Shown: piece after piece, positions 1-15,521 of the stretch
How the letters are laid out: the number at the start of each line of letters is the position of its first letter
Position numbering within the stretch: position 1 is the stretch's first letter
DNA from: Prochlorococcus sp. AG-355-N18
Lineage (GTDB): Bacteria; Cyanobacteriota; Cyanobacteriia; PCC-6307; Cyanobiaceae
Length of the DNA: 64,000 nucleotides
Assembly (NCBI GenBank): GCA_003278535.1
Contig: QCEG01000003.1
Span: 43,974 to 107,973, forward strand
Reading direction: 5' to 3'
The notes under the pieces: generated by a model
What the model saw: the letters and a program-made list of their open reading frames with translations, nothing else
Told to the model about the DNA's origin: nothing
Database searches by the model: none
Made by a program: the position numbers and the translations under genes

Positions 1-486
1 AATGAAAATTCGCAAACTGAAGAGATGGTTTCTGAGGTTAAACAACTCTTGGAATTAATAAATGATTCCCCTGAATTGGAGAAGGCACTATCCTCTCCCA
101 TTTTAGAGACAGATGCTAAGAAGAAAATCATTATTGAAATTTTTTCAAATAAGGTTAATTCTTCTTTACTTAATTTCTTGAAATTATTGGCCGATAGGCA
201 AAGAATTGGAATCCTTACTTCAATTCTTGATAGGTTTTTAGAGATTTACCGAGAAAATAGTAATATTGCATTGGCAACTGTTACTTCTGCTGTCGAGCTT
301 ACTGATGAACAGAAAGGTTTAATTACCAAAAAGATCATCAATATTGCTGGAACAGAAAAATTAGAACTTGTAACTAAAATCGACCCATCTCTTATTGGTG
401 GTTTCGTCGCCAGTGTAGGATCAAAAGTAATTGATGCTTCTCTTGCTTCACAAATAAGAAAACTTGGCTTATCTCTTTCCAAGTAA
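1..486 (+). CDS. atpH: ATP synthase F1 delta (OSCP) subunit, 5' end cut by window edge
   Basis: Frame 1 is open from nt 1 (no stop before the ATG at 25). OSCP-like C-terminus ...LIGGFVASVGSKVIDASL.... Lies directly upstream of atpA-atpG. Confidence 0.85.
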   Translation, partial: NENSQTEEMVSEVKQLLELINDSPELEKALSSPILETDAKKKIIIEIFSNKVNSSLLNFLKLLADRQRIGILTSILDRFLEIYRENSNIALATVTSAVELTDEQKGLITKKIINIAGTEKLELVTKIDPSLIGGFVASVGSKVIDASLASQIRKLGLSLSK

Positions 487-504
487 CTTTTCAATCAACC
501 TTAA

Positions 505-2034
<1,530 letters not shown>

Positions 2035-2052
2035 ATTTATTTAGGAGATACC

Positions 2053-3003
2053 ATGGCAAATCTTAAAGAGATTAGAGATCGAATCGTTTCCGTTAAAAAT
2101 ACAAGAAAAATAACGGAAGCCATGAGACTTGTTGCAGCTGCAAAAGTTAGGAGAGCTCAAGATCAAGTTCTTAAGAGTAGACCTTTTGCAGATAAACTTG
2201 CACGAGTCTTAGAAAATATTCAATCTAGAGTACAATTTGAGGCTGTCGACTCTCCTCTATTATCAAAGAGAGAAGTAAAGAGTATCACCTTGGTTTGTAT
2301 AACTGCGGATAGAGGTTTATGCGGTGGTTACAACACAAATATTATAAAAAAGGTAGAAGTAAGATACGCAGAATTAGTGAAACAAGGTTATCAGCCAAAT
2401 TTAATTTTGGTAGGGAAGAAAGCTATTGGATATTTTCAAAATAGAAAGGATAGATATGTTATTAAAAGTACTTTCAAAGAACTAGAACAGGTACCCACAG
2501 TCAAAGACTCTGAAGGAGTTACAAACGAGATTTTAGCTGAATTTATTTCAGAAAATTCTGATAGGGTGGAAATTATTTACACGAAATTCATCACTTTAGT
2601 TAGCTGCGCCCCTGTCGTTCAAACACTATTGCCACTTGACCCTCAAGGAATTGCTGAGGAAAATGATGAAATTTTTAGGTTAACTACAAAAGATAGTAAG
2701 TTACTTGTTGAAAAATCAAATATTGAAAAAAATGATTCAGATAAGTTAGCATCAGATATTGTTTTTGAACAAAGTCCTGATCAACTTTTAGATTCGTTAT
2801 TACCATTATATTTACAAAATCAGGTACTAAGAGCTCTTCAAGAGTCGGCAGCTTCAGAACTCGCTTGCAGGATGACTGCTATGAATAATGCAAGTGATAA
2901 TGCTAAAGAATTAGCAAGTACTTTGAATCTAACCTATAACAAAGCCAGACAAGCAGCTATTACACAAGAAATTTTAGAAGTTGTAGGGGGTTCAGCAGTT
3001 TAG
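2053..3003 (+). CDS. atpG: ATP synthase F1 gamma subunit (cyanobacterial atpC)
   Basis: 316 aa. N-terminus MANLKEIRDRI.SVKNT.KIT.AM and C-terminus ...ARQAAITQEILEVVGG are gamma-subunit hallmarks. Confidence 0.95.
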   Translation: MANLKEIRDRIVSVKNTRKITEAMRLVAAAKVRRAQDQVLKSRPFADKLARVLENIQSRVQFEAVDSPLLSKREVKSITLVCITADRGLCGGYNTNIIKKVEVRYAELVKQGYQPNLILVGKKAIGYFQNRKDRYVIKSTFKELEQVPTVKDSEGVTNEILAEFISENSDRVEIIYTKFITLVSCAPVVQTLLPLDPQGIAEENDEIFRLTTKDSKLLVEKSNIEKNDSDKLASDIVFEQSPDQLLDSLLPLYLQNQVLRALQESAASELACRMTAMNNASDNAKELASTLNLTYNKARQAAITQEILEVVGGSAV

Positions 3004-3019
3004 CAATAAGATTTAGGAT

Positions 3020-3346
3020 ATGCCTGAATACAATATCAAAGTTCAATTTGAGCAAAAAACTTTAAGTTTCTTATGTTCTGAAGATCAAGATATTATTTCA
3101 GCGGCAAAAATGAATGGAATAGATTTACCAAGTAGTTGTTGTTCAGGTGTTTGTACAGATTGTGCATCCATGATCTTGGAGGGTTCCGTGGATCAAGAAG
3201 ATGCTATGGGATTAAATGATGATTTGAGGGAAAAAGGATTTGCACTTTTGTGTGTAGCATACCCCAAGTCAGATTTGAATATTGTTATTGGTAAAGAAGT
3301 CGAAGATGATTTATATAATGATCAATTTGGTAAATATCAAAAATGA
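3020..3346 (+). CDS. Plant-type [2Fe-2S] ferredoxin-like protein
   Basis: 108 aa. Cys cluster SCCSGVCTDCAS ... LLCVAYP matches the C-x4-C-x2-C...C plant-type pattern. Confidence 0.8.
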   Translation: MPEYNIKVQFEQKTLSFLCSEDQDIISAAKMNGIDLPSSCCSGVCTDCASMILEGSVDQEDAMGLNDDLREKGFALLCVAYPKSDLNIVIGKEVEDDLYNDQFGKYQK

Positions 3347-3534
3347 AATTAAGTTCAGTTGATTATTATTTAGATTGGCCAGTTTCAATAAAATTAAAAA
3401 ATTTAAGGGAATTCATCATCGCAAATTTAGAAAAAAAAGGTGATTTGATTCGATGGTCAATTGTTGATATTCAAAATTCTATTGACTCTACTGGAACAAA
3501 AAAACTTAAAATTAAAGCTGTCTTCGCTAATTAA
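3343..3534 (+). CDS. Small hypothetical protein, ATGA-coupled to the ferredoxin gene
   Basis: 63-aa ORF whose ATG overlaps the ferredoxin stop by 4 nt. No recognisable domain. Confidence 0.45.
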   Translation: MKLSSVDYYLDWPVSIKLKNLREFIIANLEKKGDLIRWSIVDIQNSIDSTGTKKLKIKAVFAN

Positions 3535-3561
3535 AAAATATAAATTGAAATATTTTTAATA

Positions 3562-4620
3562 ATGGAAAATTCCCCAACAATATTTATCATTCCAACTGGA
3601 ATTGGTTGTGAAGTAGGAGGTTTTGCTGGGGATGCACTTCCTACCGCTAAATTATTAGCATCGGCAAGCGGATGTTTAATTACTCATCCAAATGTTATGA
3701 ATGGCGGTACTCTTTCTGAAAAAGATAAAAATATTTTTTATGTTGAAGGTTATAGTTTAGACCGACTTGCAAAAGGAGAAATCGCTTTAAAAAGGGTAAA
3801 GCAACAAAAAATTGGGATTATTTTTGATTCAGCTATTGAAAAAGAAATATTATTAAGACATTTACAAGTTGCTGATGCATGTGTTTCTACGTTAGGGATT
3901 AATGTTCATTCTTATGTGATTACAAAAAAGCCATTAAACATTGTTATTGATCCTGATTCTTCAAAAATTAGTGGTGGCATAATTGAAAATTCTGATACTC
4001 TAATTGATGCTGGAAAGTTTTTAATAGAAAAAGGAGTTACGGCAATAGCAATTGTGGCAAAATTTCCAGATGATTCAGATTCTTTAGAAACAAATATCTA
4101 TCGAGAGGGGAAAGGGGTTGATCCTATTTCTGGAGTCGAAGCAGTTATAAGTCATTTAATAAGCAAATTTTTAAAAGTTCCCTGTGCTCACGCACCTGCT
4201 TTAAGTCCAATTGAATTTAATGAAAATTTAGATCCTCGTGCAGCTGCAGAAGAAATAGGATATACATTTTTACCATCAGTACTGATTGGGTTAAGTAATG
4301 CACCTGACATTGTTGAATTGCCTGCTAAAAATGAATCAATTTCACTACACCCTGATCAGATTGAATCTATTGTTGTTCCTAATGGGGCACTAGGTGGAGA
4401 AGCAGTACTAGCAGGGATTGAAAAAGGTTTAAATATTATCTCTGTAAAAAATCAAAATACATTAAACGTGACAAATGAGTTTTATGATTATCCCAATCTT
4501 TTTGAAGTGGATAATTATTTAGAAGCTGCAGGCATAATTCTTGCTATCAAAAAAGGTATCAACTTTAAGTCAATTAAACGCCCTTTAAAAAAAATCCAAC
4601 AGTTTTTTTATAGTGATTAA
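3562..4620 (+). CDS. Conserved cyanobacterial/plastid-lineage hypothetical protein (DUF3326-like, from memory)
   Basis: 352-aa ORF with a coding-like composition. N-terminus IPTGIGCEVGGFAGDA. Confidence 0.6.
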   Translation: MENSPTIFIIPTGIGCEVGGFAGDALPTAKLLASASGCLITHPNVMNGGTLSEKDKNIFYVEGYSLDRLAKGEIALKRVKQQKIGIIFDSAIEKEILLRHLQVADACVSTLGINVHSYVITKKPLNIVIDPDSSKISGGIIENSDTLIDAGKFLIEKGVTAIAIVAKFPDDSDSLETNIYREGKGVDPISGVEAVISHLISKFLKVPCAHAPALSPIEFNENLDPRAAAEEIGYTFLPSVLIGLSNAPDIVELPAKNESISLHPDQIESIVVPNGALGGEAVLAGIEKGLNIISVKNQNTLNVTNEFYDYPNLFEVDNYLEAAGIILAIKKGINFKSIKRPLKKIQQFFYSD

Positions 4621-6314
4621 TAAGATATTGCTATGGGAACTCTCCAGTCACTTCCTAATGATTGACTGCTTAGTTTTAAGATTGGAGGAGCCTGCTTTCG
4701 TTTAAATTCCGCCTTTTTTATGAGTGAGATAATTTCTAAAATTAAATCTTTTTTATAACCATCTTCTTCTAGCTGTTGTAAATCTTTTTTCTCTTCGATA
4801 ATTCCTCTAAGAATATTATCTAAAATTGAATAAGGTGGGAGAGAATCAGTATCTAATTGATTGGGACCTAATTCGGCACTTGGAGCTTTTGTACGTATAT
4901 TATCTCCAATTATATCTACATTAGGATCCAACATATATGACTTTCTACGATTAATTGAATCTTCACTATCAAGCCATTTGCATAATTTAAAAACATTAGT
5001 TTTATATAAATCCCCAATTACCGATAATCCCCCATTCATATCACCATAAAGTGTGCAATATCCTACTGCCAGCTCTGATTTATTGCCTGTTGAAAGTAAC
5101 AAATGCTTTTCTTGATTCGCTAAGGCCATAAGAAGTGTGCCTCTTATCCTTGACTGAATATTTTGATTTGTTATTTCAGCCATTTCGAAATCTATGGTTT
5201 TTGTAAATGATTCTTCAAAAGATGACATCAAGTTTTCGATTGGAATGCTCTTGAAACTTATCTTTAATCTTTTTGCTAAATCTTTTGCATCGCTCTTTGA
5301 ACGAGATGAGCTCCATTTAGAGGGCATTGAAACGCAATAAACATTTTTACTTCCTAGAGCAGCTGTAGCAATTGCTGAGACGAGTGCTGAATCAATACCA
5401 CCACTTAATCCAACTAAAGCTGTTTTAAATCCACATTTTTTTGCATAATCTTTAACACCAAGGACTAAAGCATCAAAAATTGATGACATTTCGGAGTTCT
5501 CAAATTCATTTTTTTCAGGTTTTGTTTGCTGAATTTCCCAGCTGGAGAGATCTTCCGAAAAAGATTTTAATTGCTTAATTTTAGATCCATTCTTATCAAG
5601 AATAAAACTATTTCCATCAAAAATTAAATTATCATTTGCTCCAATCTGGTTGACATAGATCAGCGGCACTTGAAGATATTGTGCAGCAAAACTGGAAACC
5701 TTTGATCTTAGTTCTAACTTTTTTAGAGTATATGGGGAGGCTGATAAATTTACTAAAATATCAACTTTTTTTTTCTTTAAATCAATAATGGGATTTTTTC
5801 TATGAATTCCTCTACCTTCTATATCTTTGTTGACCCATAAATCCTCACATATAGTAAAGCCAAGTCTCCAAGTTTTATTTTTAATTTGTTTAATCAATAC
5901 GGAAACTTTTTTCTCTGATCTAAAGTATCTTTTCTCATCAAATACTTCATAAGTGGGAAGAATAATTTTACGAGCAATTATTTTCCATTTACCGCCCTCA
6001 ACCAACGCTATAGAATTATAAAGATTAGGAAAAAAAGAATCATTTATTATCTCAGCAATTCCGACTGAGATACTTAAGTTTCCGTATTTTTTATTAATAT
6101 CTAAAGCAAATTGATCAAGAATTTGGTATTGATTTTTGATTAAATTTTTTTTAAAAAGTAAGTCATTTGCGGGATACCCCCATAATGACAATTCTGGAGT
6201 AAGAACAAAATCAGCAGAAATTGAGCTAGCTTTTGAAGCAATATTAAGTATTTTTTTTGCATTGCCCTCCAAATCTCCAACAACTGGATTTATTTGGGCA
6301 AGTAAAAACTTCAT
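4617..6314 (-). CDS. nadE: Glutamine-dependent NAD+ synthetase (nitrilase domain + NAD synthase domain)
   Basis: 565 aa. PP-loop SGGIDSA in the C-terminal half and a CN-hydrolase-like N-terminal half. Overlaps nadD by 4 nt. Confidence 0.9.
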   Translation of the reverse strand: MKFLLAQINPVVGDLEGNAKKILNIASKASSISADFVLTPELSLWGYPANDLLFKKNLIKNQYQILDQFALDINKKYGNLSISVGIAEIINDSFFPNLYNSIALVEGGKWKIIARKIILPTYEVFDEKRYFRSEKKVSVLIKQIKNKTWRLGFTICEDLWVNKDIEGRGIHRKNPIIDLKKKKVDILVNLSASPYTLKKLELRSKVSSFAAQYLQVPLIYVNQIGANDNLIFDGNSFILDKNGSKIKQLKSFSEDLSSWEIQQTKPEKNEFENSEMSSIFDALVLGVKDYAKKCGFKTALVGLSGGIDSALVSAIATAALGSKNVYCVSMPSKWSSSRSKSDAKDLAKRLKISFKSIPIENLMSSFEESFTKTIDFEMAEITNQNIQSRIRGTLLMALANQEKHLLLSTGNKSELAVGYCTLYGDMNGGLSVIGDLYKTNVFKLCKWLDSEDSINRRKSYMLDPNVDIIGDNIRTKAPSAELGPNQLDTDSLPPYSILDNILRGIIEEKKDLQQLEEDGYKKDLILEIISLIKKAEFKRKQAPPILKLSSQSLGSDWRVPIAISY

Positions 6315-6889
6315 TCAACTAATTTGATGGATTCATATAGATTATTCTTCTTAACTATATCTATTAACGACGACGGTAAATTAGAACAATTAAAATTTAA
6401 TCTGAACTTAGAACTTGAAATGTTTGGGGTTTTAATGGTTGAAATCTTAAATTTAACTTTATAAGTTTCTAACATTTTAAGAGTATTTGATTCAACAGGA
6501 TATCCCTCTCTTAAAATTATAAAAAAACTTACCTCCAAAATAATTTGGTCAAAATTTTTCCAGTAGAAAATTTCTTTAATTAAATCACTCCCAATAACAA
6601 AATCTAAATTATTAAATTTATAAATTTTTTTACATTTTTTAATTGACTCTACTGCCCATTGGCTACTTATTTTTTGATTAAATAAAATTTTCGGATTATC
6701 TAAGTCATCAATAAGAGTTTTTAATAAATGGCTACGAATTGAGATATCCTCTATGTGCTTTTTTTTGGGGTTGTTGCTCACATAGCTAATGGTAAAAGCA
6801 TAAATTTTGGATAATTCTTCAAGAATTTTTTTGTGTCCAATTGTAGGTGGATCAGCACTCGTACCAAATAAAGCAATGCTTTTTCTCAT
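6311..6889 (-). CDS. nadD: Nicotinate-nucleotide adenylyltransferase
   Basis: 192 aa. GTSADPPTIGH (H/T-x-G-H nucleotidyltransferase motif). Coupled to nadE. Confidence 0.8.
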   Translation of the reverse strand: MRKSIALFGTSADPPTIGHKKILEELSKIYAFTISYVSNNPKKKHIEDISIRSHLLKTLIDDLDNPKILFNQKISSQWAVESIKKCKKIYKFNNLDFVIGSDLIKEIFYWKNFDQIILEVSFFIILREGYPVESNTLKMLETYKVKFKISTIKTPNISSSKFRLNFNCSNLPSSLIDIVKKNNLYESIKLVE

Positions 6890-6897
6890 TTTAAGTT

Positions 6898-8139
6898 TTA
6901 AGGTAGAAAACTAACAAAATTTTTATTTAAATTCCTTTTTGATAAATAGATATTTATGTGTTTAAAAATCTCTGGTTCATTAAAATTAATATTTTGAATC
7001 ATTACATAAGGTTCTATAAACGAAGCTTTGCTTCTTTTAAATATTTCTTTGGCTGCTAATTTCCCAAGGATTTTAGTAGATTGAATTGCTATTGCTGCTT
7101 GAATAATTGCTATAGGTCCATAGGGTAATAATGATAGCCCGTTAGTGAAGGGTGCGGTTAATAAAATAACTTTCCTAATAAGATTGAAAGATGTATGGAT
7201 TCCGACTTGAATGACACCTAAAGATAGATTATTAATAGATATGTTTTTGAATATTTTTCTTGTAGATTCACCCTTCAAATTTAATCCATAAATCTTACTT
7301 AATTCGCTTATTAATGCAGTATCCAGTGCAAAACTACTAGCAATATCAAAGATAATAAAAGGATTAACAGCTACCGTTGATGCCTTTATGGTAGAAAATT
7401 TACCAATAGTTGACTGAGCTAATTTCTGCCTTCTTTTCAATCTTTGCTCTTTTATCATTAGAAACAATTTGTCAGCTGATTGAAGAGAATTTAGTGTTAA
7501 ATATATCTCGCCGTGTTGATTTATTATTTTTGTCATGTAATTTTTCAGATTATTTTCATAATTAATAATTATGGGAATGTTTAAATCTTTTGGAAGTTTA
7601 AAATTTATATTTTCTATTATTTCTTTTAATTCAATATTATTAAAAAGATCGATTTTATTTAAAATTAAAATAATTTTTTTCCCATCTTGAATAAAAGAAC
7701 TGATTTCGCTTAATTCATTTCTATTTAGATCTCCCGAAATTATAAATAAAATAAGATCTGAGTGATTTATGGAGGAGTAAACTTTATCTGGGAATTTAAT
7801 GTTGCAGAAATCAAATCCTGGAGAATCTAATAACTCTACACTGTTGATTGTTTGATCTTTAAATTTCCATTCTTCAGCTTGTATTTCTCTTGTGGTCCCA
7901 TTGATAATATCTGTTTTAAATACATTTTTTTTTAACAAAGAATTTAAAACAGAGGATTTTCCTACTCCTGATTTACCGTATGCGCCAATTCTTATTTTTT
8001 TTTCTTTGAGCCTAAAAAGTTGTTGATTAAAAGAAATTATTTCTCTATTAAAATTACTTTTTTCATAGTTGGTAAGATCAATATGTTCCCACCAATTTTT
8101 TAAAAGTAAATAATTTTTATCAATTCTCAATTGTTTCAT
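6898..8139 (-). CDS. P-loop GTPase with hydrophobic C-terminal domain
   Basis: 413 aa. G1 motif GKSGVGKSS, DSPG (G3), NKID (G4). C-terminal half is membrane-like. Confidence 0.7.
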   Translation of the reverse strand: MKQLRIDKNYLLLKNWWEHIDLTNYEKSNFNREIISFNQQLFRLKEKKIRIGAYGKSGVGKSSVLNSLLKKNVFKTDIINGTTREIQAEEWKFKDQTINSVELLDSPGFDFCNIKFPDKVYSSINHSDLILFIISGDLNRNELSEISSFIQDGKKIILILNKIDLFNNIELKEIIENINFKLPKDLNIPIIINYENNLKNYMTKIINQHGEIYLTLNSLQSADKLFLMIKEQRLKRRQKLAQSTIGKFSTIKASTVAVNPFIIFDIASSFALDTALISELSKIYGLNLKGESTRKIFKNISINNLSLGVIQVGIHTSFNLIRKVILLTAPFTNGLSLLPYGPIAIIQAAIAIQSTKILGKLAAKEIFKRSKASFIEPYVMIQNINFNEPEIFKHINIYLSKRNLNKNFVSFLP

Positions 8140-9119
8140 GATTTATTTTTCCACCAGCCAGCTAAAACAGATAACACAGCTTCTGCACCAATAATGCCCA
8201 CGAATCCCCCAAATTCATCTACTACCACTTTCACTCCTTTATGATTCTTGTCAAATTTTGTTAATAATTGATCTGCCTTAATCATTTCGGGAATGTAGTC
8301 CACAGGTTCGCAAATTTCTGACAATAATTTTTTATTTTCTCCATTAATTAATTCCGATAGCATTCTCTCACGTGGAACTACCCCCTGTATTTTGTCAACT
8401 TTATCTCCCAAAATAACCCACCATGGAGAGTTATCAGCCATTATAAGTTTTGAAATTTCTTCAAGATTCGAAAACCCATGAAGACAAGGTGCTGATACTC
8501 TTGGGATCATTAAATCTTTAGCTTTTAGATCATTTAATTGAAAAACCTTAAATATCATTGCTGCCTCATCAGCTTCTATCAAACCTTTTTGGCTTCCAAT
8601 TTTTGCCATTTGTCTAATTTCTTCTTCATCAGTTGAAATTTCATTTTCTGCAGTAATAACTGGAAATATTTGTTCTATCAATATTAAGAATGGCCTCATT
8701 AAAGTATGTAATATTCTCAAGATAGGAACTGATAATAATGCTATTTGAACTGAGAATCTTGTACCAAGAGCCTTAGGTAGTACTTCTCCTATTAAGACAA
8801 CTAGTATATAAAAAGCAATTGAAAAAAGGGTTAAGCCATAACTACTATTAATTATCAATGTTCCATATACACCTAAAATAAGACTTCCAATTATGTTAAA
8901 TCCATTATTAGTAATAGTAATTACAGTTAATGTCCTTCCAAGATGTTTTCTAAGTTTAAGAAGTTGATTTGCTGAACTTTTTGGTTTTTGCTTAGAGGCT
9001 ATCTCTAGAATTCGAATTGAATTTACAGCTAAAAAAGCAGCTTCTACTCCCGAACAACATGCTGACCCAATTAAAATAATAATTATAAGAATAAATAAAC
9101 CGTAAACACTTGGTTCCAT
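8136..9119 (-). CDS. DUF21/CBS-domain (CNNM/CorC-type) membrane protein
   Basis: 327 aa. Four N-terminal TM helices then a CBS-pair-like region. 4-nt overlap with the downstream GTPase gene. Confidence 0.7.
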   Translation of the reverse strand: MEPSVYGLFILIIIILIGSACCSGVEAAFLAVNSIRILEIASKQKPKSSANQLLKLRKHLGRTLTVITITNNGFNIIGSLILGVYGTLIINSSYGLTLFSIAFYILVVLIGEVLPKALGTRFSVQIALLSVPILRILHTLMRPFLILIEQIFPVITAENEISTDEEEIRQMAKIGSQKGLIEADEAAMIFKVFQLNDLKAKDLMIPRVSAPCLHGFSNLEEISKLIMADNSPWWVILGDKVDKIQGVVPRERMLSELINGENKKLLSEICEPVDYIPEMIKADQLLTKFDKNHKGVKVVVDEFGGFVGIIGAEAVLSVLAGWWKNKS

Positions 9120-9193
9120 TAAAATAAATTAGATGTTAAATCTGTATTAATTCATTCTTCCATTTTTTTTTTAAACACGCCAATACACAATCT

Positions 9194-10519
9194 ATGTTTA
9201 AACCTGAAAATAAAGTTTTTGAAGAAAGAAGAGAAATCTTCCTCAATAAATTAAATGGAAAAGCTGCTATTATTCCAGGTGCTAATCTCGTAAAGCATCA
9301 TGCTGATTGTGAATATCCTTTTAGACAAGATAGTAATTTTTGGTATTTAACAGGTTTCGATGAGCCAGATGCAATCGCTCTTTTCTTGTCGCATAAGCCA
9401 AAAGGAGAGAGATTTATTATGTTTGTTTCGCCTAAAGATGTTATAAGCGAAGTTTGGCATGGCTTTAGATGGGGTTTAGAAGGCGCTGAAAAAGAGTTTA
9501 ATGCTGATAAGGCACACTCAATAAACGAATTAAGAGATTTACTCCCAGCTTATATAAATGGTTCTGATGAACTTGTTTTTTCTATTGGTAAGCATCCATC
9601 AGTTGAAAAAATAATACTGGAAATTTTTTCACAACAATTTGAAAATCGCTCAAGATTAGGAATTGGCGGAAATTCTATAAAATCTCCAGAAATTTATTTA
9701 AATGAGATGAGATTAATTAAAAGTGAATTTGAAATTAAGAGAATGAGAGAGGCTATACAAATCTCAGCCGAAGCTCATGAATTAGTTAGACAATCTATTT
9801 CATCAAAGAAAAATGAAAGACAAATTCAGGGTCTTCTAGAGGGATTCTTTCTGGAAAAGGGTGCTAGAGGGCCAGCTTATAACTCAATTGTTGCATCAGG
9901 AGATAATGCCTGTATTTTGCATTACACTTCAAATAATGCACCCTTGAAGAAGGAAGATTTATTGTTGGTGGATGCTGGCTGCTCACTAATTGATTATTAC
10001 AATGGAGACATAACAAGAACTATTCCAATAGGTGGTAAATTTTCTAATGAGCAAAAAGTCATCTATGAAATTGTATTGAGTGCGCAGAAAAATGCAATTA
10101 AAAGTGCTGTAAAGGGATCTAATTCTAGCGCTGTTCATAATGTTGCCTTAACAATTCTCATAGAGGGACTAAAAGAAATTGGTTTATTGTCAGGCAGTAC
10201 TGAGAAGATAATTGAGAACCAATCTTATAAACATCTTTACATGCATAGAACTGGACATTGGCTCGGCTTGGATGTTCATGATGTTGGAGCATACAGAATG
10301 GGGGACTATGAAGTGCCATTACAGAATGGAATGATTCTTACGGTAGAACCTGGAATCTACATAAGTGATAGGATCCCAGTCCCTGAGGGGCAACCCCCTA
10401 TTGATGAGAAATGGAAAGGCATAGGGATAAGAATAGAAGACGATGTCCTGGTCACAGATACCAACCCAGAAGTTTTAAGTATTGGTGCACTAAAAGAAAT
10501 TTCTGATTTAGAATTTTGA
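9194..10519 (+). CDS. pepP: Xaa-Pro aminopeptidase (M24B)
   Basis: 441 aa. Motifs VDAG..I..Y..DITRT, HGTGHWLGLDVHD-like (HRTGHWLGLDVHD) and VEPGIY. Confidence 0.9.
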   Translation: MFKPENKVFEERREIFLNKLNGKAAIIPGANLVKHHADCEYPFRQDSNFWYLTGFDEPDAIALFLSHKPKGERFIMFVSPKDVISEVWHGFRWGLEGAEKEFNADKAHSINELRDLLPAYINGSDELVFSIGKHPSVEKIILEIFSQQFENRSRLGIGGNSIKSPEIYLNEMRLIKSEFEIKRMREAIQISAEAHELVRQSISSKKNERQIQGLLEGFFLEKGARGPAYNSIVASGDNACILHYTSNNAPLKKEDLLLVDAGCSLIDYYNGDITRTIPIGGKFSNEQKVIYEIVLSAQKNAIKSAVKGSNSSAVHNVALTILIEGLKEIGLLSGSTEKIIENQSYKHLYMHRTGHWLGLDVHDVGAYRMGDYEVPLQNGMILTVEPGIYISDRIPVPEGQPPIDEKWKGIGIRIEDDVLVTDTNPEVLSIGALKEISDLEF

Positions 10520-10572
10520 AATTTGACTTATCAAGTTAATAGATTTATTTTTTATTAAGTTAAAGCTCAAAA

Positions 10573-10731
10573 ATGAATAAATACGATTCATATGATTTGA
10601 AACTCTCTCAAGCAAGAGGCTTAGCTAGTCAGCTTGGCATGTTCGCAGAAGAAAACGATATCCCCAAAGATCTTTGGGATTCACTGGAAGCCACTATTTA
10701 TGATTTTTATCAAGTACCTCATGATAGATAA
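10573..10731 (+). CDS. Small hypothetical ORF (52 aa), below track cutoff
   Basis: Hand-translated as MNKYDSYDLKLSQARGLASQLGMFAEENDIPKDLWDSLEATIYDFYQVPHDR*. No homolog recognised. Confidence 0.3.
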   Translation: MNKYDSYDLKLSQARGLASQLGMFAEENDIPKDLWDSLEATIYDFYQVPHDR

Positions 10732-10837
10732 AAATCCTGTTTAGAAATTATCAATAACTAAAATCAAGAAATTTTGAATAAATCAATCAAAATGTGTCCA
10801 TTAACTGATAAATTATTTATTGAACATAAATAAGTGA

Positions 10838-11323
10838 ATGACCTCATCAGATAAGTTAAATCAAAATTCAAAAGAAAAGAATGAAAAAAAGGAAAAAAAC
10901 ATTGATGCACCAAACTCAAAAAATTCTTCTCCTAATTCAGGGATGATGGGTGCCACAGCTGTATTGGCAGCTGCCACAATTGATGAAGATGGGGTACCTA
11001 CTGGTTATACCCCTAAACCTGATGAAGGAAGGTTCATAATTAAAGTATTGTGGTTACCTGATAATGTAGCTTTAGCGGTGGATCAAATAGTAGGAGGAGG
11101 CCCAAGCCCTCTTACTGCTTATTATTTTTGGCCAAGAGATGATGCCTGGGAAAAATTAAAAAGTGAACTTGAGAATAAAGGTTGGATTACAGATAACGAG
11201 AGAGTAGAAATATTAAATAAGGCTACTGAAGTGATAAATTATTGGCAGGAAGAAGGTAAAACAAAAAAATTAGAAGAAGCCAAATTAAAGTTTCCCGAAG
11301 TAACTTTTTGCGGAACCGCTTAA
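10838..11323 (+). CDS. ycf65: Plastid-specific 30S ribosomal protein 3 homolog (PSRP-3/Ycf65) with Lys-rich N-terminal extension
   Basis: Core ...[44 protein letters not shown]...[10 protein letters not shown] matches my memory of Ycf65. Confidence 0.7.
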   Translation: MTSSDKLNQNSKEKNEKKEKNIDAPNSKNSSPNSGMMGATAVLAAATIDEDGVPTGYTPKPDEGRFIIKVLWLPDNVALAVDQIVGGGPSPLTAYYFWPRDDAWEKLKSELENKGWITDNERVEILNKATEVINYWQEEGKTKKLEEAKLKFPEVTFCGTA

Positions 11324-11326
11324 ATA

Positions 11327-11731
11327 TCAGTTTTTTGCAGCTTGAATCCTAGCCTCAGCCTTTGAAACCTCTTTCAATGCTTTAAATTTCTCTGGATTTT
11401 TTTCATTTTCAGAAAACTTGCTAATCGCTAATTTTGCTTCTTTAAGATCTTGTTCAGCATTTTGAACATTAATTTCAGAACCAATTTCAGCATTATTTAC
11501 TAAAACTATAACTTCATCTGATTCAATTTCAGCGAAGCCTCCCATAAGAGCTATTGATTTCCACTGGGAATTCATTCTTAGCCTTAAAACACCAATATCT
11601 ATAGCAGTAACTAAAGAGATGTGTCCTGGTAGTATACCAAGTTGACCCGTAGTACTAGGAAGGATTACTTCTTCAGCTTCGCCTTGATAAACATTTTTAT
11701 TTGGAGCTAAAACTTTTAGAGAAATTGCCAT
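11327..11731 (-). CDS. atpC: ATP synthase F1 epsilon subunit (cyanobacterial atpE)
   Basis: 134 aa, directly downstream of the beta subunit. Has the typical epsilon N-terminal beta-sandwich sequence. Confidence 0.9.
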   Translation of the reverse strand: MAISLKVLAPNKNVYQGEAEEVILPSTTGQLGILPGHISLVTAIDIGVLRLRMNSQWKSIALMGGFAEIESDEVIVLVNNAEIGSEINVQNAEQDLKEAKLAISKFSENEKNPEKFKALKEVSKAEARIQAAKN

Positions 11732-11773
11732 TAATTTAAGATTATTGAAGGTTAGATATATATATTTAAATAT

Positions 11774-13237
<1,464 letters not shown>

Positions 13238-13452
13238 TTATTGATTGGTGATGAATAGCTGATTTAAACAGCTCATAATCCGAAAATACTACCACCTCAT
13301 GGGTAGATTCGTTAAATGGGTTCGGCCACCCGCACAGTTTAAGTATGGATATATTGCCGCTTTGCAGATTATGTTGTTGATGATACGGATGGAGTACTTC
13401 TCTTTCCTTTTTTATGGCGCAAAGCGTCTCAATCATGATCCTCCATTAATCT

Positions 13453-13764
13453 ATGGCAGCTGTTTCACTTACAGTCTCTACAGTAAAACCACTGGGAGAT
13501 AGAATATTTATTAAAGTTTCCGCATCTGAGGAAAAAACTGCTGGGGGCATCCTTTTGCCTGATTCAGCTAAAGAAAAACCACAGGTTGGAGAAGTTGCTC
13601 AGGTGGGCCCTGGCAAACTTAATGACGATGGTTCTCGACAAACTCCAGAAGTGAGTATTGGCGATAAAGTTTTGTACAGCAAATATGCTGGCACAGACAT
13701 TAAATTGGGAGGAGATGAATACGTCTTGCTCTCAGAAAAGGATATTTTAGCTGTAGTAAGCTAA
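13453..13764 (+). CDS. groES: Co-chaperonin GroES
   Basis: 103 aa. ...[11 protein letters not shown]...[11 protein letters not shown].... Confidence 0.97.
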
Positions 13765-13788
13765 AATATTTGTTTCAAAAATTATTAA

Positions 13789-15453
<1,665 letters not shown>

Positions 15454-15481
15454 CTAAAAAAATAGTTTTTAATAAATTTTT

Positions 15482-15512
15482 AAAAGGGATCATTCAAAAT
15501 GGTCCCTTTTTT
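15482..15512. terminator. Bidirectional intrinsic terminator between groEL and secG
   Basis: AAAA-GGGATC-(9 nt loop)-GGTCCC-TTTTTT. Stem of 6 bp including one G.U. A-run and T-run flank it between convergent genes. Confidence 0.5.
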
Positions 15513-15521
15513 ATTCAACTT